Source: Candidatus Sulfotelmatobacter sp. (GTDB lineage: Bacteria; Acidobacteriota; Terriglobia; Terriglobales; Acidobacteriaceae). Taken from it: 64,000 nt of DNA. The notes under the pieces were generated by a model. That model was not told where the DNA came from, searched no databases, and was given only the letters and a program-made list of their open reading frames with translations. Positions 9,874 to 19,386 of the stretch are shown one piece after another; the first letter of the stretch is position 1; the number at the start of each line of letters is the position of its first letter. Location: contig DATMOO010000150.1 of the NCBI GenBank assembly GCA_035568275.1, positions 2,655 through 66,654 on the forward strand, read 5' to 3'. A program made the position numbers and the translations under genes.

Positions 9874-9932
9874 TTCCGTTCACTCCTCGCATAAGAGGTT
9901 CACTGGAACGCGCCAAGTACTGGTATTGAAAG

Positions 9933-9947
9933 GCTTCCGCAATGCCA
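9933..9947 (-). promoter_or_regulatory. Weak sigma-54-like -24/-12 element upstream of the small ORF and amt
   Basis: The minus strand reads TGGCAT-TGCGG-AAGC. The GG-N10-GC spacing is correct, but the -12 region is AAGC rather than TTGC. Confidence 0.2.
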
Positions 9948-10364
9948 CGTATGGTGACTCAAGTCGACGACCGGCGAATATCAGCCGGTATTCAGCGGCC
10001 CAGTCTTCTCCGTGCTCCTCAAGTACATCAATCGACTTCAGCTAATGCGCGAAAGTAAATCGAGGCTCTCTTCTCGTCCAATAGATATTTCTTATCGCCA
10101 CAATTGAAAAAGTAGGAGATAGAAGCCACTCAACTGGAGGGGACAGACTGCGGACGGGAAGTGGAGGCGACGGCGCCCGCCGGAAGATCCAAGGGGGAAA
10201 TACTTTCTAACGCTTGGTTACTGTACACAAAATTTCGCCCGGCCAAGTGTTGGGACCGAGACCGAGGACAATTCCATGCGCAAGTAGGTTGTTCTGCGTT
10301 AGCGCAGGCACTCCATACGGCATATTCTCCAGCACAGCATTGGACAGGAAACCATCCTGGAAGT

Positions 10365-10961
10365 TTAGTGAATACGGGCCCGCTTATTTGCAGGAAATTG
10401 TTGGTCGAGTTCCAAGTTCAGCTCAAGCACATTGACTCTCGCTTCGCCAAGAATTCCTAATTGCCGGCCCTCGGTGTGCTTGGCCACCAGGGCGCGTAAC
10501 CGATCGACCGTGGCGCCGCGCTCTTTAGCGACGCGCGACAATTGAAACTCGGCCGCCGCCGGAGTGATATGCGGATCGACGCCGGATGCCGAAGTGGTCA
10601 CGAGATCGATCGGCACGGCAGTGCCCGGGTGGTCGGATTGAGCACCTGCAACGTCGCCTTTTACCCGATCAATGAGCTTCTGATTGGTCGGCCCTAATTG
10701 GGAGCCATTTGTATTTGCGGCGTCATAACCGTTGCCCGCACTGGACGGCCTGGAGTGAAAATAGCCGGGACCAGAAAAGCCCTGGCCGATGATCCTGGAT
10801 CCAACCGTCTTAGCATCGACGCGGATCAGCTGACCATTTGCCTTCCCGGGAAACAGGACTTGAGCGATTCCCGTTACCAGTAGAGGATAGATAATCCCAA
10901 GCAGAATGGTGGTTGCGATTGTCATGAGTACAGCAGTAACCAGATTCTTTTTCATACCCAT
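10365..10961 (-). CDS. kdpC: K+-transporting ATPase subunit C
   Basis: 198 aa with an N-terminal TM helix, followed by ...LFPGKANGQLI... and ...SGVDPHITPAAA... KdpC signatures. It is the last gene of the kdpFABC order. Confidence 0.9.
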   Translation of the reverse strand: MGMKKNLVTAVLMTIATTILLGIIYPLLVTGIAQVLFPGKANGQLIRVDAKTVGSRIIGQGFSGPGYFHSRPSSAGNGYDAANTNGSQLGPTNQKLIDRVKGDVAGAQSDHPGTAVPIDLVTTSASGVDPHITPAAAEFQLSRVAKERGATVDRLRALVAKHTEGRQLGILGEARVNVLELNLELDQQFPANKRARIH

Positions 10962-10964
10962 CCT

Positions 10965-13058
10965 CTAGGCCAGTCCCACACGCGTAATGATGACGTCGAT
11001 GATCTTGATCCCGATGAACGGCACGATGATTCCTCCGACACCATAAATCCAAAGATTTTTTCGCAGCATTACAGCAGCAGCCATCGGCCTGTACTTCACG
11101 CCGCGCAAGGCTAAAGGGATGAGCGCGATGATGATCAGCGCATTGAAGATGACCGCGGACAATATTGCGGACTCAGGCGTTCTCAAATGCATGATGTTTA
11201 ACGTGTTCAGAACGGGGAAGGTTCCGGCAAACATCGCAGGAATGATTGCAAAGTATTTCGCGACGTCGTTCGCGATTGAAAACGTGGTGAGGGCGCCACG
11301 CGTCATCAGTAGTTGTTTGCCGATTTCGACGATCTCAATGAGCTTCGTCGGATTCGAGTCCAGATCGACCATGTTCCCGGCTTCTTTAGCCGCTTGAGTG
11401 CCGGTATTCATCGCGACGCCTACATCAGCTTGCGCAAGAGCGGGAGCGTCGTTGGTGCCATCACCTGTCATGGCAACGAGCTTGCCGTCCGCCTGCTCCT
11501 TCTTGATCAGATCCATTTTGTCTTGCGGAGTCGCTTGAGCGAGAAAGTCATCCACCCCGGCTTCCTGGGCGATTGCGGCGGCCGTCAGCGGGTTGTCACC
11601 CGTAATCATGACGGTCCGAATTCCGATTGCCCGTAACTGGTCGAATCTCTCTCTCATCCCTCCCTTGACGATGTCTTTCAGTTCAATCACGCCGAGAGCA
11701 CGGCTTCTCCCAGCCACGACCAGAGGAGTGCCTCCCGACCGTGCAATGTCTTCCACGGTGGATTTCACCTCGCTCGGCAGCTTGCTTCCGCTCTGAGTCA
11801 AATACTTGGTGATCGCATCGGTCGAGCCCTTGCGGATCTCAAAACCGTTGAGATCCACCCCAGACATCCGTGTCTGGGCGCTGAAGGGGACGAAGTGCGC
11901 GTCGTGAGATCCCAATTCGCGTCCTCGCAAGCCATATTTTTCTTTAGCCAGGACCACGATTGACCGGCCTTCCGGAGTCTCATCGGCAAGTGACGAGAGT
12001 TGTGCGGCGTCGGCCAGTTCCTGCTCGGTCACACCGGGTGCGGGCACAAAACGCGATGCCTGCCGGTTTCCAAGGGTGATGGTTCCTGTCTTGTCCAGCA
12101 AAAGAGTGTTGACGTCGCCCGCCGCTTCCACGGCGCGGCCCGACATGGCGAGGACGTTGTGTTGCACCAACCGGTCCATGCCCGCGATCCCGATCGCGGA
12201 AAGCAATCCGCCAATCGTTGTGGGGATCAGGCAGACCAGCAGCGACACGAGGACGAACACCGTTTGCGGCGAACCTGAGTAGATTGCGAATGGCTGAAGT
12301 GTCACAACCGCAAGAAGAAAGATAATCGTCAAACCGGCTAGCAGAATGTTCAGCGCGATCTCGTTGGGAGTCTTTTGCCGCTCGGCTCCCTCAACCAGGG
12401 CGATCATCCGGTCTAGGAATGTCTCTCCGGGATTGGAAGTAATTTTCACCTTGATCCGGTCGGATAAAACGCGAGTCCCGCCAGTGACCGCCGATCGATC
12501 ACCTCCTGCCTCGCGAATCACCGGAGCCGACTCGCCCGTTATGGCTGACTCATCTACCGACGCCACGCCCTCTACGATCTCGCCGTCCGATGGAATAAAC
12601 TCCCCTGCCGAGACAAACACCAGGTCGCAAGTGCGAAGCTTAGAACTCGGCACTTGTTCGATGCGGCCGTCCATACCCAGTATGCGGTTCGCCATGGTCT
12701 CCGACCGTGCTCTTCGCAGCGTATCCGCCTGTGCTTTGCCCCGGCCTTCGGCCATGGCCTCTGCGAAGTTCGCGAATAGGACTGTGAACCACAACCATAG
12801 AGTGATCTGGAGATTAAATTTGAAAGCAGAGCCGCCCTTGAACAACAGTGCGGTCGTAATCACACTTCCAATTTCCACCACAAACATGACGGGATTGCCC
12901 ATCATCTTGCGTGGGTTCAGTTTGAGCAGTGCATCTTTAATCGCATTGAGAACAATCTTCCACTCCCAGACTGCTTTCTTTCTGGGCTTCATTGGAGAGT
13001 GTCCGAGCCGCAGTGTTTGAGCCGGGGGAAGCGTTGCTGTTTGTGTTGTCGAAGGCAT
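10965..13058 (-). CDS. kdpB: K+-transporting P-type ATPase subunit B
   Basis: P-type ATPase motifs ([46 protein letters not shown]). The start is taken at MPSTTQ (ATG 13058, AAGGA upstream) rather than the longer ORF start that overlaps kdpA. Confidence 0.95.
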   Translation of the reverse strand: MPSTTQTATLPPAQTLRLGHSPMKPRKKAVWEWKIVLNAIKDALLKLNPRKMMGNPVMFVVEIGSVITTALLFKGGSAFKFNLQITLWLWFTVLFANFAEAMAEGRGKAQADTLRRARSETMANRILGMDGRIEQVPSSKLRTCDLVFVSAGEFIPSDGEIVEGVASVDESAITGESAPVIREAGGDRSAVTGGTRVLSDRIKVKITSNPGETFLDRMIALVEGAERQKTPNEIALNILLAGLTIIFLLAVVTLQPFAIYSGSPQTVFVLVSLLVCLIPTTIGGLLSAIGIAGMDRLVQHNVLAMSGRAVEAAGDVNTLLLDKTGTITLGNRQASRFVPAPGVTEQELADAAQLSSLADETPEGRSIVVLAKEKYGLRGRELGSHDAHFVPFSAQTRMSGVDLNGFEIRKGSTDAITKYLTQSGSKLPSEVKSTVEDIARSGGTPLVVAGRSRALGVIELKDIVKGGMRERFDQLRAIGIRTVMITGDNPLTAAAIAQEAGVDDFLAQATPQDKMDLIKKEQADGKLVAMTGDGTNDAPALAQADVGVAMNTGTQAAKEAGNMVDLDSNPTKLIEIVEIGKQLLMTRGALTTFSIANDVAKYFAIIPAMFAGTFPVLNTLNIMHLRTPESAILSAVIFNALIIIALIPLALRGVKYRPMAAAVMLRKNLWIYGVGGIIVPFIGIKIIDVIITRVGLA

Positions 13059-13068
13059 TGCGAATCCT

Positions 13069-14868
13069 TTAGAAAGTCTTTCCCGCGGCCATGAGCAAAT
13101 GCTCAAGGATTGGTCCAAGGCTTAGTGCCGGGAAAAATGTAAGCGCGCCCACAATGATGATCACCCCGATCAGAAGCACCGTGAACAGCGGAGTGGTCAC
13201 CGGAAAAGTGCCTAACGAGGGTGGGACATATTTCTTCTGGGCAAGGTTGCCGGCAATCGCCAGCATGGGGATAATCATGAAGAACCGCCCGATCAGCATG
13301 GTGATCCCGATTGTTGTGTCGTACCACGCGGTGTTTACCGTTAATCCGGCGAAGGCGGATCCGTTGTTGCCCGCGCCCGAGGTGAATGCGTAGAGAACTT
13401 GGCTGAGCCCGTGAGGTCCGGGATTTGAAATACCTGCGGTGCCCAGTGGATGAACCACCGAAATCGCAGTGAAGATCAGAATTACCATCGGAAATACCAG
13501 GACGAATAACATTGCCATCTTGACGTCATAGGCCTCGATTTTCTTGCCCAGATATTCGGGTGTGCGTCCTACCATCAGCCCGGCGATGAACACGGCGAGC
13601 ACAACGTCAATGAGCATTCCATACAGCCCCGAACCTACTCCGCCGAAGATCACCTCGCTCATCATGATGTTGGCGAGGGGAACCATTCCGCCGAGTGGCG
13701 TGAAGGAATCGTGCCAGCCATTGATCGCGCCGCAGCTTGCATCTGTGGTTACGGTTGCGAACAGCGCGCTGTTGGCAATTCCGAAACGTACTTCTTTGCC
13801 CTCCATGTTACCGCCAGGCTGTAGAGCGCCAACTTTCTGATCGGTCCCCGTAAGCAACGGGTTTCCGCGGGCTTCTGCCCAATAAGCTACTGTGACGCCT
13901 GCTAGAAACAGAATTGCCATGGCGGCCCACACAGCCCAGCCGTGACGTTGCGAGTTCGTCATCCGGCCTAGGGTGTAAGTGAGACCGCTGCCAATAGCGA
14001 AAATTGCGAAGAGCTCAATGATGTTAGTGAGGGGTGTCGGATTCTCAAACGGATGCGCGCTATTCGCATTGAAAAAGCCACCCCCGTTTGTGCCGAATTC
14101 CTTGATGATCTCCTGCGAAGCGACCGGGCCCTGAGCAATTGTTTGGTCGGTTACCGTGTCCCTGACCGGCTTGCCCTGGCTATCGACGACGGGTTTGCCA
14201 TCCGCAGCGATCTTCTGCACTTGCATGGGTTCGACCAGCTTCGCTGTGTCATACGGCTTCAGGTTCTGAACGACTCCTTGCGACACCAGAACCAGCGCCC
14301 CTATCAGGCAAAATGGCAGCAGCACCCAGAGGGAACAGCGGACCAAGTCAACCCAAAAATTGCCAATAGTCTGCATCTGTCGCCGCGCGATGCCCCGAAT
14401 CAGCGCGATCGCCAAAGCAATACCCGTCGCAGCCGAAATGAAGTTGTGGAAGGCCAGCCCGGCCATCTGGGTGAAGTAACTCATTGTGGTCTCACCCGAA
14501 TAAGCCTGCCAATTCGTGTTCGTCGTGAACGACGCCGCCGTGTTGAAAGCCAAGTGAGTGGGAGCCACCGCACCGAACTTCTGCGGATTGAATGGCAGAT
14601 ATCCCTGCACGCGTTCCATCAAATAGAGCACCACCATGGAAACCATGCTGAACAGAAGCATTGCAATTGCGTACTCAGTCCAGCGCATCTCGTGGTTTTC
14701 GTCGACACGCGTAACGCGGTATAGAAGCCGTTCGACCGGCCGCAAGACGGGATCCATGAATGTCTTTTCGCGGTTGAACACACGCGTCATGAAGATGCCC
14801 AGAGGTTTGGTCACCAGGAATACGAGCAGGAGAAACAGCAGTATCTGAAACCACCCATTCGCGGTCAT
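13069..14868 (-). CDS. kdpA: K+-transporting ATPase subunit A
   Basis: 599-aa polytopic protein. It starts [27 protein letters not shown] and contains [11 protein letters not shown], typical of KdpA. Confidence 0.95.
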   Translation of the reverse strand: MTANGWFQILLFLLLVFLVTKPLGIFMTRVFNREKTFMDPVLRPVERLLYRVTRVDENHEMRWTEYAIAMLLFSMVSMVVLYLMERVQGYLPFNPQKFGAVAPTHLAFNTAASFTTNTNWQAYSGETTMSYFTQMAGLAFHNFISAATGIALAIALIRGIARRQMQTIGNFWVDLVRCSLWVLLPFCLIGALVLVSQGVVQNLKPYDTAKLVEPMQVQKIAADGKPVVDSQGKPVRDTVTDQTIAQGPVASQEIIKEFGTNGGGFFNANSAHPFENPTPLTNIIELFAIFAIGSGLTYTLGRMTNSQRHGWAVWAAMAILFLAGVTVAYWAEARGNPLLTGTDQKVGALQPGGNMEGKEVRFGIANSALFATVTTDASCGAINGWHDSFTPLGGMVPLANIMMSEVIFGGVGSGLYGMLIDVVLAVFIAGLMVGRTPEYLGKKIEAYDVKMAMLFVLVFPMVILIFTAISVVHPLGTAGISNPGPHGLSQVLYAFTSGAGNNGSAFAGLTVNTAWYDTTIGITMLIGRFFMIIPMLAIAGNLAQKKYVPPSLGTFPVTTPLFTVLLIGVIIIVGALTFFPALSLGPILEHLLMAAGKTF

Positions 14869-14869
14869 A

Positions 14870-14959
14870 TCAGAACTTCTCCGGACACAGCAGTGCGTAA
14901 ATCAAATACACGGTCGTCAGCGCGCTGACGGCAAGCATGATGATCGATTCAAGGCTCAT
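14870..14959 (-). CDS. kdpF: K+-transporting ATPase subunit F (29 aa; too short for the supplied ORF track)
   Basis: Hand translation of the minus strand gives ATG(14959)...TGA(14870) = [29 protein letters not shown]. The C-terminal YLIYALL.PEKF resembles E. coli KdpF (...YLVYALINAEAF). The stop is 1 nt before the kdpA ATG. Confidence 0.85.
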   Translation of the reverse strand: MSLESIIMLAVSALTTVYLIYALLCPEKF

Positions 14960-14969
14960 GATTCGTCCT

Positions 14970-15056
14970 TCACTTCACCCGTTCACAAAAATGAACGTAA
15001 GCAATTGCGACAGCAAAAAATGCGACGGTAACTGTTATCCAAAGAACGTCTTCCAT
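14970..15056 (-). CDS. Unannotated 28-codon hydrophobic ORF directly upstream of kdpF
   Basis: Hand translation gives MEDVLWITVTVAFFAVAIAYVHFCERVK. There is a strong SD (GAGGAG, 4 nt before the ATG at 15056). The TGA stop at 14970 lies 10 nt before the kdpF ATG. It is predicted to form a single TM helix. Confidence 0.45.
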   Translation of the reverse strand: MEDVLWITVTVAFFAVAIAYVHFCERVK

Positions 15057-15161
15057 AAAACTCCTCAAGGCAGATTTCGATTATCACCACAGCATCATCT
15101 TTGCCTTAATGCAGGAGTGCGCACGCGCAGTAACACACCCGCCGCCCTTTATTGAAAATGA

Positions 15162-15209
15162 GCGGGCGTAAAACTGGTCTAAAAAGTTCGTAAAGAAGTC
15201 ATAAAGACA
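15162..15209 (-). promoter_or_regulatory. Phased TTTA(Y)G direct repeats, candidate KdpE (OmpR-family) binding sites in the kdp promoter region
   Basis: The minus strand reads TCTTTATGACT TCTTTACGAAC TTTTTAGACCAG TTTTACGCCCG, four T-rich hexamers at an 11-12 nt period. The promoter-proximal pair resembles the E. coli KdpE site layout (TTTATA-N5-TTTACA followed by a GC-rich tract). Confidence 0.35.
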
Positions 15210-15291
15210 TACGGGGAACCCACAAGAAAAAAGTGCGCGTCAGCAACTCCCATGTGGGGATAGCCTTCTTGATGTCGCAAATGTCGTAGAC

Positions 15292-15540
15292 TCAGCAGCC
15301 CCACTCAGCATTGCCGGGCTTCGCAAAATAGCGCCGCGAATCCTCGTGCTGCTGTGCGGTCGCTGTCAGTTCCAGGAGTGCCAGCCGTGCCGCTGCGACA
15401 AGTCGGCTCTTTTCCTGCGTCGGTACCTGGTCCCACGTTTCGGAGGGCTTACTTGCGCATTGGAAATCTGGGGCAAGTGCCTGGTGATAGTGGTGAAACA
15501 ATTCTGCCAACTGTTCGGGCGCTACTTCTTGGATTGACAT
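15292..15540 (-). CDS. Hypothetical acidic 82-aa protein
   Basis: The ATG overlaps the stop of the upstream 84-aa ORF (TAATG at 15538-15542), suggesting translational coupling. The first codons look coding-like. I recognise no family. Confidence 0.35.
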   Translation of the reverse strand: MSIQEVAPEQLAELFHHYHQALAPDFQCASKPSETWDQVPTQEKSRLVAAARLALLELTATAQQHEDSRRYFAKPGNAEWGC

Positions 15541-15794
15541 TAGGTGTGGTCCCTTCTCAACTCACGAAAAGTCGTGTTCAACGGTATTTCGGTGATTTGC
15601 AATGCTGCGCGCGAGTGACGGGGTCTGGACGGCAACCGTTTACGGGTCCCCTTCTTCTCCAACCGCAGCCGAAAAGGCTTGCGGTGGTTATTCCAACGAG
15701 GAGAGAGCTCTTTGCAAAGCGCAAACAGGAACCGCGCGTAGAACGCGATACTCGCCGTACACAACGTCGTGATTACTGAAATCACCGGCATCAC
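15540..15794 (-). CDS. Hypothetical 84-aa protein with an N-terminal TM helix and a very basic tail
   Basis: MMPVISVITTLCTASIAFYARFLFAL, then a Lys/Arg-rich tail. It is coupled to the following ORF and lies between kdpE and the kdpFABC promoter. Confidence 0.3.
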   Translation of the reverse strand: MMPVISVITTLCTASIAFYARFLFALCKELSPRWNNHRKPFRLRLEKKGTRKRLPSRPRHSRAALQITEIPLNTTFRELRRDHT

Positions 15795-15968
15795 AATCTT
15801 CCGGCTAGATCCCGAGCGATAGGACGCTTTGAAATCGGCCTAATGATTGGATATACGAAGCCGCGTAAATTACGAATAAAAGGTTCATAAAGAGTTTGTA
15901 AAAGCGACCGATTCAACCGCATCAGGATGAAAAGAACTGGAACCAGGTTAAACGTAATTCTGTCGAGC

Positions 15969-16673
15969 TCACTCGCCGGGCTGAAACCGGTATCCAACCC
16001 AAGGTTCCGTGACAATGTAGCGCGGGACGGCCTCATCCCTCTCGAGTTTCTTTCGTAGATGTCCGACGCACACACGTAAGTATTCCGTCTGCTCCAGGCT
16101 GTTCGGTCCCCAAACTGCCGCGAGGAGAGCGCGGTGGGTGACGACTCTGTCTGGGTGCCTCGCGAGGTATACGAGAACATCGAACTCTTTCGGAGTAAGA
16201 CGTACTTCTTGATGTCGCACTTCCACCCTCCGACCGGGAATGTCGATGTGGAAATCGCCGACATCAATGACCGGAGGCTCCGACTGTTCGTCAGTATGAT
16301 TTCTACGAAGGGCTGCTCGCACTCGGGCCAACAATTCATTCATGCTGAAGGGCTTTGTTACATAGTCATCTGCGCCGGCATCGAGTGCTTCCACCTTAAT
16401 CGCTTCTTCCCCCTTTACTGACAGGACGATAATCGGAATACGAGATTCGCTTCGGACCTGCCTGCAAAGCTCCAGTCCATCCATGTTGGGCATTCGCAAA
16501 TCGGTAATGATTAGATCCGGAGTCCATGTTTTCATTTCTAAAAGGGCCTGCATGCCGTCGCATGCGGTGCGTATTCCGTAGCCTTGAGCCGACAGAGAAG
16601 TCTTGAGGACTCGGGTAATCTGTGCCTCATCATCGACCACCAAGATGTTTCGTTTGCCGTCTGGATTGACCAT
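15969..16673 (-). CDS. kdpE: OmpR-family response regulator KdpE
   Basis: Receiver domain (ILVVDDE...DLIITDLRMPNMDG) plus winged-helix output (LTPKEFDVLVYLARHPDRVVTHRALL...PRYIVTEPWVGYRF). It starts 5 nt downstream of the kdpD N-terminal gene. Confidence 0.9.
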   Translation of the reverse strand: MVNPDGKRNILVVDDEAQITRVLKTSLSAQGYGIRTACDGMQALLEMKTWTPDLIITDLRMPNMDGLELCRQVRSESRIPIIVLSVKGEEAIKVEALDAGADDYVTKPFSMNELLARVRAALRRNHTDEQSEPPVIDVGDFHIDIPGRRVEVRHQEVRLTPKEFDVLVYLARHPDRVVTHRALLAAVWGPNSLEQTEYLRVCVGHLRKKLERDEAVPRYIVTEPWVGYRFQPGE

Positions 16674-16678
16674 GGGAA

Positions 16679-17800
16679 CTATTTCATTTCTTGTGTGACG
16701 ATGTGGACATCGACAGGCGGAGCATCGCGCAAGAATTTATGGATCGCCGAAAGATAGAGATACCGCTTCCACCCTTTCTGGGCTGAGCGTCCGAAGACGA
16801 CCTGGGTGATATGGTGCTCTCTTACAATCTTGGCAACTTCTTCTGCGACATTCTTCCCCTTGGATCGAATCACCTTGGCTCCGAGATTTTCGGCAAATCG
16901 TAAGTTCTGTGCCAGGCTCCTTTGATCCTCTGGCTCCTCGTCGGCGCCCACATCAATATATAGGACGTAGAGCTCCGCATCGATCCGCTGCGCCATTCGC
17001 CCGGCTCGCGCGATCAGGTATTGTGCCGCCGGACTGGAGCTGACACAGACAGCAATTCGCTCCCGCAATGCCAGATTCTTGCCTAACCCTTCGCGTTCCA
17101 GGTACGATTCGAGGCTTCGGTCAACCGCCCCGGTGACCTGTTGCAGCGCTAGTTCGCGAAGCGCGATCAAGTTGCCAGGCCGGAAAAAATGTCCGAGCGC
17201 CCTTTCTGCACGGTCGAGGGGATAGACATCCCCGCGTCGCATCCGCGTCTGCAGGGCCTCCGGCGTCAAGTCAGCGAGCACGATCTCATTGACCTTCTGC
17301 ATGACCCAGTCAGGCACTGCCTCGCGAACCTGCACTCCAGTAATGTTGAGGACCGTTGGAATCAGGCTCTCAATATGCTGCACGTTCATGGTCGACAGCA
17401 CATCGATGTTTGCATCCAACAAGTCCATCACGTCCTGGTAGCGCTTGGAGTGCTTGGTGCCCTCGATATTGGTGTGCGCTAGTTCATCGACAAGTACAAC
17501 CTGGGGCTTCCGCGCCAGGATGGCGTCCAGATCCATCTCATCGAAAGTTGCACCTCTGTACTGGATCTTGCGCCGCGGTACTGTTTCCAACTTCGCTGCC
17601 AATTCCACAATCCCCGCCCGCCCGTGGGTCTCCACGATTCCGATGACCACGTCTTCGCCGCGGCTATGGCGCCGGATTCCCTCGCTGAGCATGTTGAACG
17701 TTTTCCCAACGCCAGGAGCGTAGCCCAAGAAGAGCTTGAAAACAGGCTCTTTCTTGCGTGGCGTGGTTTCTTCCAGCCACTGTTCGGGTGTCTTGGGCAT
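16679..17800 (-). CDS. kdpD: KdpD N-terminal sensor module only (KdpD domain with P-loop plus Usp domain); no TM or kinase part
   Basis: 373 aa. It has FKLFLGYAPGVGKTFNMLSEG, VVIGIVETHGR and VVLVDELAHTN...DVLSTMNVQHIESL, which match the KdpD N-terminal domain, followed by a Usp-like segment (RIAVCVSSSPAAQYLI...). The protein ends before any TM segment. Confidence 0.85.
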   Translation of the reverse strand: MPKTPEQWLEETTPRKKEPVFKLFLGYAPGVGKTFNMLSEGIRRHSRGEDVVIGIVETHGRAGIVELAAKLETVPRRKIQYRGATFDEMDLDAILARKPQVVLVDELAHTNIEGTKHSKRYQDVMDLLDANIDVLSTMNVQHIESLIPTVLNITGVQVREAVPDWVMQKVNEIVLADLTPEALQTRMRRGDVYPLDRAERALGHFFRPGNLIALRELALQQVTGAVDRSLESYLEREGLGKNLALRERIAVCVSSSPAAQYLIARAGRMAQRIDAELYVLYIDVGADEEPEDQRSLAQNLRFAENLGAKVIRSKGKNVAEEVAKIVREHHITQVVFGRSAQKGWKRYLYLSAIHKFLRDAPPVDVHIVTQEMK

Positions 17801-17852
17801 GCGTATGTATTATCCTCGTAACCGTTCAGAAGTCGAGTTGGAATCCTCGCAC

Positions 17853-19295
17853 ATGAAGCGACAGCTTAACAATCCGATCCTGCGGCTACTTGCTTCCGTC
17901 TTGATTGTGGCGGGAATCGTGTTGCTGTTCTCGCGGTGGCTGCATGTGAACCCGACGACAGTCGGATTCAGCTTCCTGCTTGCCGTCTTGCTGATCTCTA
18001 CCACCTGGGGCTTGCGCTACGCAATCTTCACCGCGTTTCTCGCAACGGCTGCCTACAATTTCTTCTTCTTGCCCCCGCTCTTCCGGTTCACCATCGCCGA
18101 CCCGCAGAACTGGATCGCGCTCGTAGCTTTTCTTGTTACTGCAGGCGTGGCCAGCCAACTCTCGGAGCGGGCCCGGCGCGGAACAGAGTATGCGGACCAG
18201 CGCAGAAGGGAAGTGGAAAAGCTGTACGCATTCAGCCAACAGCTGTGGTTGAGCGAGAATGTGTTCGAATTGCTGAATGTCATTCCGAAACATCTGGTGG
18301 ATGCATTCGATGTCAGCGGCGCGGCCCTGTTTCTTGACGGGAAGCAGGAGGCGTATTTTCTGGATGATCGCAGCCGAACCTTGTTCCCGAGCGACCAGCT
18401 GAAATCGATCAGCGATCGTGGCGAACCGGTTCTGGATCGTCAGCAGCACGTCTGCTATATGCCAGTGCGTATGGGAGTGAGATCGGTCGGCGCTCTGGGG
18501 CTGGCCGGATGCATTCTCTCGCGCGAGAGCCTGGAGGCAATTGGCAGTCTTGTCGCGATCGCGATCGAGCGCGCCAACACTGTCGAAAAACTAACTCGAA
18601 GTGAAGCGGCCCGCGAAAGTGACCGGCTTCGTTCGGTCTTGTTGGATTCGGTCACTCATGAGTTCCGCACGCCGCTAACTTCGATTAAGGCATCAGCCGA
18701 AACACTTCTCTCTAACACGAATCTCGACCCAGCCCAGCGCACTGATCTGCTCCAGGTAATCAATGAAGAAAGCGACCGGCTCAATCGCCTGGTCGGTGAG
18801 GCCGGAGAGGTCGCCCAACTGGACGCCCACCAACTCCATTTTCAAATCGAACCGCATCAGATGCGCGAAGCCGTCGATCAGGCCGTTAAGAATTCCCAGC
18901 CGGCATTGCGCAACCATCCTCTCGAAATCTCGATCTCACCAAACCTTCCTCCGGTTCGAATGGATTTCGAGCGAATCACCGAGGTGATCTCGCAACTTCT
19001 GGATAATGCAGGAAAGTATTCCTCGGCGCAGGCTCCTATTCACATCATTGTCGAGGCGGAGGGATCGGAAGTGGTCACGAGTGTAGCGGATCAAGGTCCT
19101 GGCATCGACCAGATGGAACAAGAAATGATTTTCGAGAAGTTTTATCGCGGCCGAGATCAACGCATGCTGATGCCCGGCACGGGTATGGGACTTCCGATTG
19201 CGAAAGCGATCGTCGAATTGCACGGAGGCAAGATCGGCGTGATCAGTCAGCTGGGTCGAGGCTCGGTGTTCCATTTTTCGCTGCCCGCGGAGTAA
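17853..19295 (+). CDS. kdpD: Membrane histidine kinase equivalent to the C-terminal half of KdpD (DUF4118-type TM bundle, GAF-like, HisKA, HATPase_c)
   Basis: The start is taken at ATG 17853 (MKRQLNNPILRLLASVLIV). It has a TM bundle (LLAVLLISTTWGLRYAIFTAFLATAAYNFFFLPP.F.F...P.NW), an H-box (SVTHEFRTPLTSIKASAETL) and N/G boxes (LLDNAGKYS, DQGPGI, GTGMGLPIAKAIVELHGG). It is divergent from the kdpD-N gene across only 52 bp. Confidence 0.85.
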   Translation: MKRQLNNPILRLLASVLIVAGIVLLFSRWLHVNPTTVGFSFLLAVLLISTTWGLRYAIFTAFLATAAYNFFFLPPLFRFTIADPQNWIALVAFLVTAGVASQLSERARRGTEYADQRRREVEKLYAFSQQLWLSENVFELLNVIPKHLVDAFDVSGAALFLDGKQEAYFLDDRSRTLFPSDQLKSISDRGEPVLDRQQHVCYMPVRMGVRSVGALGLAGCILSRESLEAIGSLVAIAIERANTVEKLTRSEAARESDRLRSVLLDSVTHEFRTPLTSIKASAETLLSNTNLDPAQRTDLLQVINEESDRLNRLVGEAGEVAQLDAHQLHFQIEPHQMREAVDQAVKNSQPALRNHPLEISISPNLPPVRMDFERITEVISQLLDNAGKYSSAQAPIHIIVEAEGSEVVTSVADQGPGIDQMEQEMIFEKFYRGRDQRMLMPGTGMGLPIAKAIVELHGGKIGVISQLGRGSVFHFSLPAE

Positions 19296-19386
19296 CCATT
19301 TGCGGTGCCCCCCATTTTTGGGTGATGGCAGGAATAGATCTCCTGTCAAGTGGACAATCCAAGCGATGACGACGTAAAGTCTGCAC

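Noticed and set aside
15791-16339. A 182-aa ORF overlapping kdpE in another frame.
   Set aside because: It overlaps a clearly recognisable response-regulator gene and has no family resemblance.
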